Shown here: positions 1-8,541 of the stretch, one piece after another
Position numbering within the stretch: position 1 is the stretch's first letter
Layout of the letters: the number at the start of each line of letters is the position of its first letter
Virus record (IMG/VR): IMGVR_UViG_3300046396_000002
Coordinates: 1 to 41,658 of that record
Direction: 5' to 3' (one strand)
Length of the DNA stretch: 41,658 bases
Origin: a virus
Taxonomy: Duplodnaviria; Caudoviricetes
Notes under the pieces: generated by a model
The model's input: only the letters and a program-made list of their open reading frames with translations
Database searches by the model: none
Told to the model about the DNA's origin: nothing
Made by a program: the position numbers and the translations under genes

Positions 1-70
1 TCAGTGTCGGAGGCAATCCAATCCGCAATGAGCGCACCTGTGGCATCAGTCGAGCAGAAAGGACCTGATA

Positions 71-238
71 ATGCCGACTGACGCACTAACTACGCAGATC
101 ATAGCTGTACATCAATCTCCGATGAATGCCCAACGCTGGTGCCTCAGCTTGAAGTGCGGACACGAATTGTGGGTAACAGCCACTCGCAGACCAAAAGCTA
201 AAACGGCGAAATGCCCTCAAAAACACGGCATCTCTTGA
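71..238 (+). CDS. Small hypothetical protein (55 aa) with WCLSLKCGH...C, possible Zn ribbon
   Basis: Translated by hand (below the ORF-track cutoff): MPTDALTTQIIAVHQSPMNAQRWCLSLKCGHELWV...; fills the gap before 248. Confidence 0.5.
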   Translation: MPTDALTTQIIAVHQSPMNAQRWCLSLKCGHELWVTATRRPKAKTAKCPQKHGIS

Positions 239-247
239 GGAGAAGAA

Positions 248-487
248 ATGATTAAACGTGAAGAATTGACGAATCCGAACAGTTGCATGAGCCGCGCCAA
301 GGACGACGAGATGACGTTCGTACTATTGGCTCGTGACGTGGCAGCTCCAACGGCAATTCGGACGTGGGTTAAGCTGCGGATTGGTTTAGGTAAGAATTTG
401 CCAGGAGATGAGCAGATCATCGAAGCCCTTCTGTGTGCCGGACGCATGGAAAAACAATGGCTTGAGGCCCACGAGGAGAAAAAGTAA
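248..487 (+). CDS. Hypothetical phage protein
   Basis: GAGGAG RBS upstream; SCMSRAKDDEMTFVLLARDVAAP resembles a common small phage protein type. Confidence 0.7.
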   Translation: MIKREELTNPNSCMSRAKDDEMTFVLLARDVAAPTAIRTWVKLRIGLGKNLPGDEQIIEALLCAGRMEKQWLEAHEEKK

Positions 488-811
488 ATGAGCTACCCCC
501 AGCATCAGTGTCAGGAAGTGAAATGGGTTTTTAATCACCCGCTCCGCAAAAAGCGTTTCGCCTTGATTCTTGTCCATTTTGATATAGCGGAGCGATCCGC
601 GACAAATACCGTTCAGGGCTTCTATGACTCCCTTCAGGAAGCCAAGGGCGAAGCGAATCAGAAATTTGCAGAATTCAACCCCGGAATAGCAATGATTCAG
701 GATGTAGAGGGAGGGAAGCTGTTACGCGCTTGCAATTGGATGCATGACAGCCTCATCTGGGAGGAATACAAACCGGGTGAATCCTCTAAGGAGAGAGCTT
801 TCAATGGCTGA
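488..811 (+). CDS. Hypothetical protein
   Basis: ATG abuts the previous stop; overlaps the next start. Confidence 0.6.
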   Translation: MSYPQHQCQEVKWVFNHPLRKKRFALILVHFDIAERSATNTVQGFYDSLQEAKGEANQKFAEFNPGIAMIQDVEGGKLLRACNWMHDSLIWEEYKPGESSKERAFNG

Positions 812-1235
812 GACAACGCAACAACTGAAGCCAAACATGCTATTTCGCTATGCTGGCCCGTCTTGGTGCCGTCATGGGATAGCGATCACAATTCCATGGG
901 GCAAGGGTCTGATTGCGACAGATACGTACTGGCAAGATCCGCAGATGCACTGCATTTCCCCGGAGGATCTGGAGCCTGCCGAATTCTTGGGCGACCTAGA
1001 CGAGTTCCGGAAATCGACCCGCGACGAATGCGACAGGTTTGAGGATAGCGACTGGCTGGCTATCCCGTTGGGTGCTCGAAGCGGATCGTATTGGATACGC
1101 AAATCGGCCTCGCCCACAACTGAGAAAGTCCTTGCCCAAATCGATTACAAGATTGAACTCGAAGAGGCTAATATTCGGCACGCTAAATGGTCAATCGAAC
1201 GGTTGAAAGAAGAACGAGAAAAATATGCTGGCTAA
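804..1235 (+). CDS. Hypothetical protein with C-terminal coiled coil
   Basis: Start chosen at ATG 804 (AAGGAGAG upstream) within track ORF 744..1235. Confidence 0.6.
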   Translation: MAETTQQLKPNMLFRYAGPSWCRHGIAITIPWGKGLIATDTYWQDPQMHCISPEDLEPAEFLGDLDEFRKSTRDECDRFEDSDWLAIPLGARSGSYWIRKSASPTTEKVLAQIDYKIELEEANIRHAKWSIERLKEEREKYAG

Positions 1236-1246
1236 GGACGGTTCCG

Positions 1247-1405
1247 ATGGCTGACACCTGTAATTGCAGATCGGTTGATGAATGCCCACATAAGTTCGAC
1301 GGAATTTCGCAAGAGGAAATCAACGAGACGGTGCGTGAGTGGATGCGGGCAAACGGCCAAGTTCCGAAATATGATCGTGCGTTAAGTGAGGGTTCCAATG
1401 GCTGA
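1247..1405 (+). CDS. Small Cys-containing hypothetical protein
   Basis: TAAGGA upstream of ATG 1247; start context shared with ORFs 804 and 1398. Confidence 0.55.
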   Translation: MADTCNCRSVDECPHKFDGISQEEINETVREWMRANGQVPKYDRALSEGSNG

Positions 1406-1781
1406 CAGCGCAAATAAGTTTAAAGAGGCGGATTTGCCGCATAGCCCTGCGGGACATAACCCGTATTGGTGCGGCGGCGATTGTGACGGGACTTGCTGTG
1501 GAGATGATCCATGTTGGTCCTGCATCGGATTTCTTCATGATAAAGCTTTAGGCTTCCTGTCAGGAGTAGAGAGTGTCAGGGCCGAGAATGAGAGGCTCAA
1601 GGAGGCGTTACGCACCATCGCCGAGCACGGAATGCACAGCGGCGTTATCCCCTGCCCACAAGACTTTTCGTTCTACTTGCAGCCGATCCGCAAATTAGCC
1701 GAAGCATCTCTTTCGCCACAGGGAAGGAAACGAAATCAGGGTCTTAACTTCTACTTAGAGAGGGGAAAGCATGAAAATTGA
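1398..1781 (+). CDS. Cys-rich hypothetical protein with coiled coil (Ead/Ea22-like accessory type)
   Basis: CGGDCDGTCCGDDPCWSC followed by VRAENERLKEALRTIA. Confidence 0.55.
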   Translation: MADSANKFKEADLPHSPAGHNPYWCGGDCDGTCCGDDPCWSCIGFLHDKALGFLSGVESVRAENERLKEALRTIAEHGMHSGVIPCPQDFSFYLQPIRKLAEASLSPQGRKRNQGLNFYLERGKHEN

Positions 1782-2202
1782 AACTAGATTTGATTTGGGT
1801 CAAACCGTTTGGGCAATTAGGCATCAGGGCGTCTACCGAATCATAGCCTGTGAGGTTTGCGGCAAGACGGGAAAGATCACCATCGGAACGGAAGAATTCG
1901 TCTGCCCTAAATGTAACGGCAAATCGGCTCATCCAATATGGTCAGGCGAAAAGCACTACGTAAGCTGTCACGGCATCGTAGGCCAAGTCGCCCCGGTCTA
2001 CGTAGACACGCGATTCTGCGATTACGCAAAAGAGCCTATTCAACATAATTACATGATCGACTCTACGGGTGTCGGTTCGGGGCAGGTGTGGCGAGAGAAC
2101 GAACTGTTCGCAAGCCGCGAAGAAGCGCAAGCGGAATGCGACAAGCGAAACGGACTGCTCAATCTCGTTGATGAAGCTGAATTGCAACATGCTTTGATTT
2201 GA
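1771..2202 (+). CDS. Hypothetical phage protein with a DnaJ-like CxxCxxxG zinc-finger pair
   Basis: MKIETRFDLGQTVW...CEVCGKTG...CPKCNG...LFASREEA; GAGAGGGG RBS. Confidence 0.7.
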   Translation: MKIETRFDLGQTVWAIRHQGVYRIIACEVCGKTGKITIGTEEFVCPKCNGKSAHPIWSGEKHYVSCHGIVGQVAPVYVDTRFCDYAKEPIQHNYMIDSTGVGSGQVWRENELFASREEAQAECDKRNGLLNLVDEAELQHALI

Positions 2203-2306
2203 CTTTCATGCGATTAGCTATCTCGCAAATCTTTTTACTCTGTAGATTTACGCACGCTCACACAAGGGAGACGGGTCCCTACCCCCGATCAGAATGGAGA
2301 ACGAAC

Positions 2307-2633
2307 ATGAGATTACCACTAGAGAATGCGTGGCAACCTATTGCTTCTGCCCCGCGCGATGGAACCATTGTGGAAATCGAGAACAGGTATGGAGTAGCCC
2401 CAACGTACGGGATTTTTAGATTCGTTGCAGGGGGTTGGCAGAACGCTAATGAACCACGTCGTGGAGCTGCCGACGAGGCATACCTACGCTGGCGGCCCTA
2501 TAAAGGAATCGCAAAGGAATATGTGGACCCAACCGCTGGAGCACAAAACACGGTCAAATACTGGTGCGATGCAATGGGCCTTCAATATGACGCCAAGAAT
2601 GATCGCTGCATTAAGTATTCGTCGCGCTGCTGA
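2307..2633 (+). CDS. DUF551-like accessory protein (WQPIxxAPxDGT type)
   Basis: WQPIASAPRDGT...WRP motif; GGAGA RBS before ATG 2307. Confidence 0.65.
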   Translation: MRLPLENAWQPIASAPRDGTIVEIENRYGVAPTYGIFRFVAGGWQNANEPRRGAADEAYLRWRPYKGIAKEYVDPTAGAQNTVKYWCDAMGLQYDAKNDRCIKYSSRC

Positions 2634-2711
2634 TGGAGGGCAGGGATCATCCGTCTAGCTGCTGTTTGCGGGCTGAATCTTGAGAGTAAAAGGGTTAGGA
2701 AAGAGAGGAAT

Positions 2712-2894
2712 ATGGCAACCGAGAAATCAGATCGACTCAAGGATTTAACGTGCAAGCTGATGTACGAGCTTTGTCAAGGGGATGCCGCGCCGACTAAGCC
2801 AGAACTTAATCTTGGGCATGCCCTGTTCCAGTTTTACCACGAAACTCGAATGGCTGAAGTTGCTGATCGGCTGAGCCCAGACAGGAAGGACTGA
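2712..2894 (+). CDS. Small hypothetical protein
   Basis: GAGAGGAA RBS, 60 aa. Confidence 0.6.
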   Translation: MATEKSDRLKDLTCKLMYELCQGDAAPTKPELNLGHALFQFYHETRMAEVADRLSPDRKD

Positions 2895-2898
2895 AGAG

Positions 2899-3423
2899 AT
2901 GAGCGGAGACAAGAGCGAGACGCTGGTTCCGTTTAGCTTTCAAGCCGTGATAGACGGGCATTGGGAGTTCTACCACGATGATGATTGCGGAGCCGTCCTA
3001 GACCCGGACTCCAAGGTGTGCTCAGTTTGCGGGTGGCGTCCTGACTTGCAAAGCATGGGTGCCCGTAGGACAAACAAAGCAGTTCCGCTCAACCCTGATC
3101 CGTTCCCAGCTGTACCCGTAGTTTCCCCAGAAGAGGCCAAGCCGGAAGAACAGTCTGCTGTGAAAATGCGGCGATTTATTCAAGAGCATCAGATGGTGAC
3201 TGGAAGAAATAATCCATTCACTCAGTCCAACCTGCCGGATGTTGCTCTTGGAAATCCGACCATTTGTATGCCGAACGATTTGTTGCGGCGATTCCGTAAC
3301 GATTATCTATTGTTGATCCATTTCGCTGCGCTGAAATGCGGTGTCGATGCTGACAGGCTGTGCCAATTAGATTTACTTGCCCCGTTTCTGAAAGCTGCAA
3401 CGGAGGATGACGATGAAATCTGA
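2899..3423 (+). CDS. Hypothetical protein with putative Zn ribbon
   Basis: H...C...CSVCG in the N-terminal half; operon packing. Confidence 0.6.
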   Translation: MSGDKSETLVPFSFQAVIDGHWEFYHDDDCGAVLDPDSKVCSVCGWRPDLQSMGARRTNKAVPLNPDPFPAVPVVSPEEAKPEEQSAVKMRRFIQEHQMVTGRNNPFTQSNLPDVALGNPTICMPNDLLRRFRNDYLLLIHFAALKCGVDADRLCQLDLLAPFLKAATEDDDEI

Positions 3424-3910
3424 ACCTGTGCCCTCCAAGGGAGAGATGCCACCCACAGAGCCGACTACTTGCTTAATTTGCGGTTACGAGGCTGATATGG
3501 CGAAGGAGACGCATCTGCCCGAAGTGATAGACGCGGCCACTGGCGTGTATGTTTGCCTCGATTGCGTGTCCAGAGCTAAAACCGTGACAAACTTCGGACT
3601 AACGGTGATCGAACTTGGAAAAGCGGCTGACGCATATCGGGCTGCTCCATCCCCTGAGACTTCTTCGCCCAACTGGATCAGCGTCAAAGAGAAAGAGCCT
3701 CCATTCGGCGCATTCGTCTTAGTGGTAATCAATGGCGTAGTGCAATTTACTTGTGCACGCTTCTGTGAGGATTGTTGGGAATGGCCGGGATTCGACGATG
3801 ATGTTGTCCCGAAGGAAGCAGTTACGCACTGGATGTCCTTACCGAAAAGTCCATCCGCTGTCACCAAGACTGCAACAGTGAGTGACACTTCTTCGCAACA
3901 GAAAGGTTAA
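3407..3910 (+). CDS. Zn-finger plus DUF551-domain protein
   Basis: CLIC...CLDC, then WISVKEKEPP...VLVV...VTHWMSLP (DUF551 signature). Confidence 0.75.
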   Translation: MTMKSEPVPSKGEMPPTEPTTCLICGYEADMAKETHLPEVIDAATGVYVCLDCVSRAKTVTNFGLTVIELGKAADAYRAAPSPETSSPNWISVKEKEPPFGAFVLVVINGVVQFTCARFCEDCWEWPGFDDDVVPKEAVTHWMSLPKSPSAVTKTATVSDTSSQQKG

Positions 3911-4074
3911 TGATGACCTCTTTAGCAATTCTGTCTCTACCGCCGCATCAATGGAGTGAGCTAATTCCGGCAGCTATTCTTATCGGTATTGCGGTGCTAG
4001 GCCGCTACAGTTCTAGGTGGGAAGACGAGAAGCGGTTGCTGCGAAAGGCTGAAGCCCTCAAGGAGATTCGATGA
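3910..4074 (+). CDS. Small single-pass membrane protein (54 aa)
   Basis: Hand translation MMTSLAILSLPPHQWSELIPAAILIGIAVLGRYSS...; TAATG and ATGA overlaps with its neighbours. Confidence 0.55.
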   Translation: MMTSLAILSLPPHQWSELIPAAILIGIAVLGRYSSRWEDEKRLLRKAEALKEIR

Positions 4075-4367
4075 ACATTTTATTGCTGTCTCTACTCATC
4101 GGTGATTGTGATAAGACTCGCTTGGAAATGTGGGCAATCTGGCTGGTCTCCATTGCCGCACTTGCAGAGTGGGGGTGGTTGCGGGACAAGAAAGAGCATC
4201 CTGTGTACTCTCGCGAGCAAACCACTCTAGAACTTGAGCACGAATCCGATGGGCGATGGATTTGTGAAATCCCTGAAATTCCCGGAGTGATGTGCTATGG
4301 AAAGTCTCCGCTCGACGCAGTTAAGAACGCGCTAATCCTAGCTGAGAATGTGGGGAAAGAATCATGA
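4071..4367 (+). CDS. HicB/UPF0150-like domain protein with hydrophobic N-terminus
   Basis: LEHESDGRWICEIPEIPGVMCYGKSPLDAVKNA matches the HicB N-terminal pattern; no DNA-binding tail and no hicA seen. Confidence 0.7.
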   Translation: MNILLLSLLIGDCDKTRLEMWAIWLVSIAALAEWGWLRDKKEHPVYSREQTTLELEHESDGRWICEIPEIPGVMCYGKSPLDAVKNALILAENVGKES

Positions 4368-4392
4368 ACATTTTATTGCTGTCTCTACTCAT
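4071..4392 (+). repeat. 29-bp perfect direct repeat ATGAACATTTTATTGCTGTCTCTACTCAT (4071-4099 and 4364-4392)
   Basis: Read directly; both copies are the first codons of consecutive genes (MNILLLSLL). Confidence 0.95.
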
Positions 4393-5107
4393 GGCCTTTG
4401 GTGGGCAAACAGGGGGCAACGGTACGCCTGACTCGGTCTGGTCTCCTTCTGACCAATCATCCATAGTGTCGATGCAGGGTAATGGCGTCTCTGCCAAACC
4501 AAAGAAGCTGCACACTTTCCATGTGACCACAGACGGCCTACTGCCTGAAACAGTTGAAGCTAAAGATCGGCTGGATGCCATCACCAAACTCGGGCTAACG
4601 ATCTGGACGGAAGAGGAGTGGAAGGATTGCGGGCTGATTTGCTCTGACCCAATCTACGCCCGATTGCGCTCAGACTGGTTTTCACCTGAAATCTCTCTTC
4701 ATCCCTACCCCTCATGGAGAATGGAAGCGCAGCCTATGAAATTCGATCACACATTCAGTATAGGAGACAACAAGCCGTTTAAGATCCAGAACTACATCGG
4801 TCAAATTTCCCAAGACGGTAAAGTGGGCTACTACACGCCAAAGCCAGAGCCGGTTGATGTCCCTGCGGTGCAAGAGCCAAGCAAAGAGCCGCCGATGCCC
4901 GATAGCGGCGAGCTACATTTGGGCCCAATGGCAAGTATTGGAATTCCTGACCAATCACCCATTGATGTTCCCGCAGTGAGGCAGGATCGGCCCGGATTAA
5001 AAAAGGACATGAAAGGCTGGCGCGAATGGACCTGCTCCGATCCTTCCCGCGCTCTGGAAGAAAGCATTGACGGCAAGCTCCACTGGTGCCACAGGATGAG
5101 CCAATGA
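4364..5107 (+). CDS. Hypothetical protein with putative signal peptide and internal P(V/I)DVPAV repeat
   Basis: MNILLLSLLMAFGG|Q; EPVDVPAVQE and SPIDVPAVRQ; C-terminal WTC...HWCH. Confidence 0.65.
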   Translation: MNILLLSLLMAFGGQTGGNGTPDSVWSPSDQSSIVSMQGNGVSAKPKKLHTFHVTTDGLLPETVEAKDRLDAITKLGLTIWTEEEWKDCGLICSDPIYARLRSDWFSPEISLHPYPSWRMEAQPMKFDHTFSIGDNKPFKIQNYIGQISQDGKVGYYTPKPEPVDVPAVQEPSKEPPMPDSGELHLGPMASIGIPDQSPIDVPAVRQDRPGLKKDMKGWREWTCSDPSRALEESIDGKLHWCHRMSQ

Positions 5108-5343
5108 GTGAGCCCACAAAAAGTCAGTTTCGCATGGCTGTGGAGCACATGAAACAGGCACTGAGTGGCGGATTCCCTCCCGACGCTACTTGGTTCATTG
5201 GGACCGCTGAAGGCTGCGTGATGGTCTGCTGTGAAGGCACTTTCTTTGTGGATTCAAACGGAGATGTAATGGGCCCAGCAGATCCGAAGCTAGTTGATGA
5301 CGCCTTGATCTCAGCGGGTGAACAGAATAAGCCTGGAACGTAG
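5104..5343 (+). CDS. Hypothetical protein
   Basis: ATGA overlap with the upstream stop. Confidence 0.6.
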   Translation: MSEPTKSQFRMAVEHMKQALSGGFPPDATWFIGTAEGCVMVCCEGTFFVDSNGDVMGPADPKLVDDALISAGEQNKPGT

Positions 5344-5372
5344 AGTGCCATTTGAATGTTCCCGTGGGAACA

Positions 5373-5408
5373 CAAATGCAGGTCCGCTGCAAATGCAGAA
5401 CGGCTGCA
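5373..5408. promoter_or_regulatory. Tandem palindromic operator-like sites TGCAG-N5-CTGCA (5377-5391, 5394-5408)
   Basis: CAAATGCAGGTCCGCTG / CAAATGCAGAACGGCTG tandem 17-mers in the gap before ATG 5420. Confidence 0.45.
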
Positions 5409-5419
5409 TATATAAGGAT

Positions 5420-5614
5420 ATGCCAGCAACTTACCAAGACGGACTGTGGCTCTGTGATTGTCAGAAGTGCGGACATCGATGGCTATCGCGCAAGTCGGAA
5501 GCTCCAGAGCGGTGCGCACGCTGTACATCGCCGTGCTGGAATCGTGGAGATTTACGGAAATGGGGAGCGAAACTTGCCTCGCTGTTTCGTGAAGGTAATC
5601 TTGCCAATGAGTGA
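5420..5614 (+). CDS. Zn-ribbon protein (CxCxxCGHxW...PxRCxxCxSxxWN), possible DNA-binding regulator
   Basis: Four-Cys ribbon motif; start uncertain within track ORF 5318..5614. Confidence 0.65.
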   Translation: MPATYQDGLWLCDCQKCGHRWLSRKSEAPERCARCTSPCWNRGDLRKWGAKLASLFREGNLANE

Positions 5615-5819
5615 GGACAAGAGCAACTGGTTATTCTGCTCAGTCTGTGGGCCCAAAGTAGGACTTAAACATCCTCAGTGCTTTCGGAAGCAGGAGATGC
5701 TGAAGCCTGCCGGCAAGTCGAGACGTTGCCGCGAATGTAGCAAGAAGAGATCCCAGCTCTGGGCTCAAAGTTGGGGCAGGCGCAAAACAAATAACCAATC
5801 CAGCAACTTTCCTTCTTGA
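5607..5819 (+). CDS. Small basic Zn-finger protein (CSVC...CREC)
   Basis: Resembles the N-terminal Zn finger of phage HNH/EndoVII-type proteins without a nuclease domain. Confidence 0.5.
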   Translation: MSEDKSNWLFCSVCGPKVGLKHPQCFRKQEMLKPAGKSRRCRECSKKRSQLWAQSWGRRKTNNQSSNFPS

Positions 5820-5844
5820 CATTCCTGAAATGCTGTCATAGATA
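5816..5844 (+). promoter_or_regulatory. Possible promoter/operator upstream of the late operon
   Basis: Perfect TTGACA at 5816-5821, weak -10 (TAGATA) 17 bp later; TGACA-N12-TGTCA inverted repeat overlaps it. Confidence 0.35.
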
Positions 5845-5940
5845 TCACCTTAGATTCCCTACCTAAAAAGCTGTATCGCGCTGCCGGACGCAAGTAAATT
5901 CCAATCCGCGCTCCCAAAAGCGGAATCACTGTCCCCAAAA

Positions 5941-6318
5941 ATGGCTATTCAAGTATTTACTAAGGTTCAAGACCCTAGCATCGACACTCCTGCCCACAAA
6001 GCTAATCGCACATTGGCTGCATTGGTGGTAGCTGGTGGGTATGCCAAGAAACTTTGCAAGCCCGATGGCGTGACGCTGAAGGCAATCCATCTCGTCACAG
6101 ACCTAGCGTGGGCAGGCATTAAGCAGAAGTACCGCGTGCCAGCTGGTCCCAAAGTGGTGAAGATTCCTCAATTACTTCCACCTGGTCGCCCATGCTCGCT
6201 AGGACTTGGTTACCCGCATGTCGATATAAGAGGGCGTTCGCGTGATGGAAGTGTGTTTGGGAGTCAGCAGGATTGGGCGCATTTCCCGGTTGACGCCCAT
6301 ATTGAAGTAAGAGTTTGA
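5941..6318 (+). CDS. Hypothetical basic protein
   Basis: 125-aa ATG ORF downstream of the putative promoter. Confidence 0.55.
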   Translation: MAIQVFTKVQDPSIDTPAHKANRTLAALVVAGGYAKKLCKPDGVTLKAIHLVTDLAWAGIKQKYRVPAGPKVVKIPQLLPPGRPCSLGLGYPHVDIRGRSRDGSVFGSQQDWAHFPVDAHIEVRV

Positions 6319-6589
6319 GCCACAGCTTAACCGTGGCCGAAAGGGGCTAGGACTTCATCGTTCACAAGCAATTCGCTCGATTACCTAAGCCCCTATTCAT
6401 TCTAGTAACCTCCTTGTTTTTAAACGCCTGCTGTATGCGAACAAAAGTAGTTAACTTCGAACCGGAACCTGTAATGCACATTCCAGCGGCGCTCACGCCT
6501 AATGTCGATTGTGATGGCGAGTACGTCCATACTGAAGGTAGTCCAAGTCCATGCTTGAAGCGTTTCGGACAGGTGATCTGAGTAGATGA

Positions 6590-7111
6590 ATGTTATGCGA
6601 GGGCAAGAAAAAGTTAACTGCGAGGCGCGCTTTATTCGTAAAACTCCTTCTAGCTGATAAGACACGAAACGCTACAAACGCTGCCAAGGGAGCGGGATTT
6701 AGTGAGAAAACAGCCTACGCAGCTGGGTCGAGGTTGTTGAAGCAAGTTGAAATTCAAGAGGAAATAGCACGGCAAACAGCAGAGCATGGCAAGAAACTCG
6801 ATATTTCAGCGGAATATGTTCTCGCAACAATCAAGGAAACAATCGAACGTTGCCGACAAGCTGAACCGGTTTTAGATCGTAAAGGCAATCCAGTATTCAT
6901 AGAAGTCGCTGGCGAGCATGATGAAAATTGCACAGAGGGATGCGAGAAAGACCATTCAAAACTCGTCCCGGCATATCGGTTCGATTCGCTTGCTGTCTTG
7001 AAGGGCGCGGAGCTTCTTGGAAAGCATTTCCAGTTGTTCAACGATAAGCCGTCCGAAAAAACAGATCGGCTCAATGAAATTGTGGAAGCGCTCAAGACTC
7101 CGAAGCAGTAA
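6590..7111 (+). CDS. terS: Terminase small subunit
   Basis: KLTARRALF...NATNAAKGAGFSEKTAYAAGSRLL HTH and ELLGKH motif; directly upstream of TerL. Confidence 0.92.
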   Translation: MLCEGKKKLTARRALFVKLLLADKTRNATNAAKGAGFSEKTAYAAGSRLLKQVEIQEEIARQTAEHGKKLDISAEYVLATIKETIERCRQAEPVLDRKGNPVFIEVAGEHDENCTEGCEKDHSKLVPAYRFDSLAVLKGAELLGKHFQLFNDKPSEKTDRLNEIVEALKTPKQ

Positions 7112-8452
7112 ATGGCCGTTCAGGAACAGCTACAGCAGGAACGAAGAGTTCTACCGTTTGGCGAAAAAGCCCGCAAGTTTTGCTTAAGAGATCCGAGGGA
7201 TGATCGAAGAATAAACATATTAGAAGGCTCGGTTCGCTCAGCTAAAACGTGGGCGATGATTCCGAAGATCCTGACGCTTTGTGCATATAAAGTTCAAGGA
7301 CATCGGGTCATATTCGGAGTCTCCAAGCAAACCATTTACAACAATGTCCTCTCTGATCTTTTCGATCTTCTCGGCGCACACAATTACAGCTTCAATCGGC
7401 AAACCGGTGAACTTTATATCCTCGGCGTCAAATGGCTCGTTATCGGGGCCAAGGATGAAGGATCTGAGAAGTATGTACGGGGGCTAACTGTCGGCATTGC
7501 TGTCGGGGATGAATTGGTTCTTATTCCTCCCAGCTTTGTCCGTATGATGCTTAACCGCATGTCGCCCGATGGGGCGAGATTCTATGCAACCACTAACCCA
7601 GATTCGCCTCTGCATTACGTTAAGACAGACTTACTTGACAATGCAGAGCTTCGTGCAAAAGGTGAAATCTGGTCGGAGCATTTTGATCTCTACGATAACC
7701 CCAATATCACTGGTAAGAGCGACTATACCCCTGAAGGCAAGAAAGCCAATGACGCCTACCGCTCTTATCTCAAGATGCTTTATAAGGGCGTCTATTATCA
7801 GAGATTCGTCCTCGGGCTCTGGGTTGTGGCTGAAGGATCGATCTATAAAGATTGCTGGTCGGAAGATTTACTATACGACGATTCAACGGCACCTGAAGGC
7901 CTGCGCGTACCTAATCACGGGCATGTTGAGCGTTATATCGGAACGGATTGCGGTGTGGACCACCCGCAGGTTTACCTGGATGTGCTTGACGATGGCACAA
8001 CGCTCTGGTTTGACAGAGAGTATTTCTGGGATTCAAACAATCTTGAAATGGATGATGCGACCGGCAAGATGTTGGGCGGATCGCAGAAGACTGATCGTGA
8101 ATATGCCGATGATCTAGAAGAATTCCTGAAAGACGCTCCTAATGCCCAAGTCATCCTTCCCCCAGAATGCGCATCGTTTCGAGCAGAACTTATCCAGCGC
8201 GGCATATGGCTCACTGATGCAGACAATGAAGTGCTAGATGGCATAAAGATGGTCTGCTCAATGATGAACCTGAAGCGTATTCGGGTGCATCGACGGTGCA
8301 AACATCTTCTCGCTGGAATCGCAACTTACGTGTGGGATCAAAAAGCTAAACTCCGCGGGGTCGAACAGCCCTTAAAAAAAGGCGACGATTGCTGCGATGC
8401 TAAACGATACGTAGTGAAAACGAAGATTGCATCTTGGCGCTTAGCGGCATGA
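7112..8452 (+). CDS. terL: Terminase large subunit (PBSX-like)
   Basis: Walker A EGSVRSAKT, Walker B VGDE, ATTNPD coupling motif, nuclease GTDCG...DDCCDAKRY. Confidence 0.95.
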   Translation: MAVQEQLQQERRVLPFGEKARKFCLRDPRDDRRINILEGSVRSAKTWAMIPKILTLCAYKVQGHRVIFGVSKQTIYNNVLSDLFDLLGAHNYSFNRQTGELYILGVKWLVIGAKDEGSEKYVRGLTVGIAVGDELVLIPPSFVRMMLNRMSPDGARFYATTNPDSPLHYVKTDLLDNAELRAKGEIWSEHFDLYDNPNITGKSDYTPEGKKANDAYRSYLKMLYKGVYYQRFVLGLWVVAEGSIYKDCWSEDLLYDDSTAPEGLRVPNHGHVERYIGTDCGVDHPQVYLDVLDDGTTLWFDREYFWDSNNLEMDDATGKMLGGSQKTDREYADDLEEFLKDAPNAQVILPPECASFRAELIQRGIWLTDADNEVLDGIKMVCSMMNLKRIRVHRRCKHLLAGIATYVWDQKAKLRGVEQPLKKGDDCCDAKRYVVKTKIASWRLAA

Positions 8453-8541
8453 GTGACTTTGCCTATCGTCGAGCAGTAGTGATCCTGCTCGCAGCTTCTA
8501 CAGCAACGTTGATCGGAATTCTTTGGGTAATAACGAAATGA
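8449..8541 (+). CDS. Tiny membrane peptide (30 aa)
   Basis: MSDFAYRRAVVILLAASTATLIGILWVITK; ATGA overlaps on both sides. Confidence 0.45.
   Translation: MSDFAYRRAVVILLAASTATLIGILWVITK

Noticed and set aside
4071-4392. CRISPR-like array from the 29-bp repeat
   Set aside because: Only two copies, 293 bp apart, both coding gene starts; no cas genes
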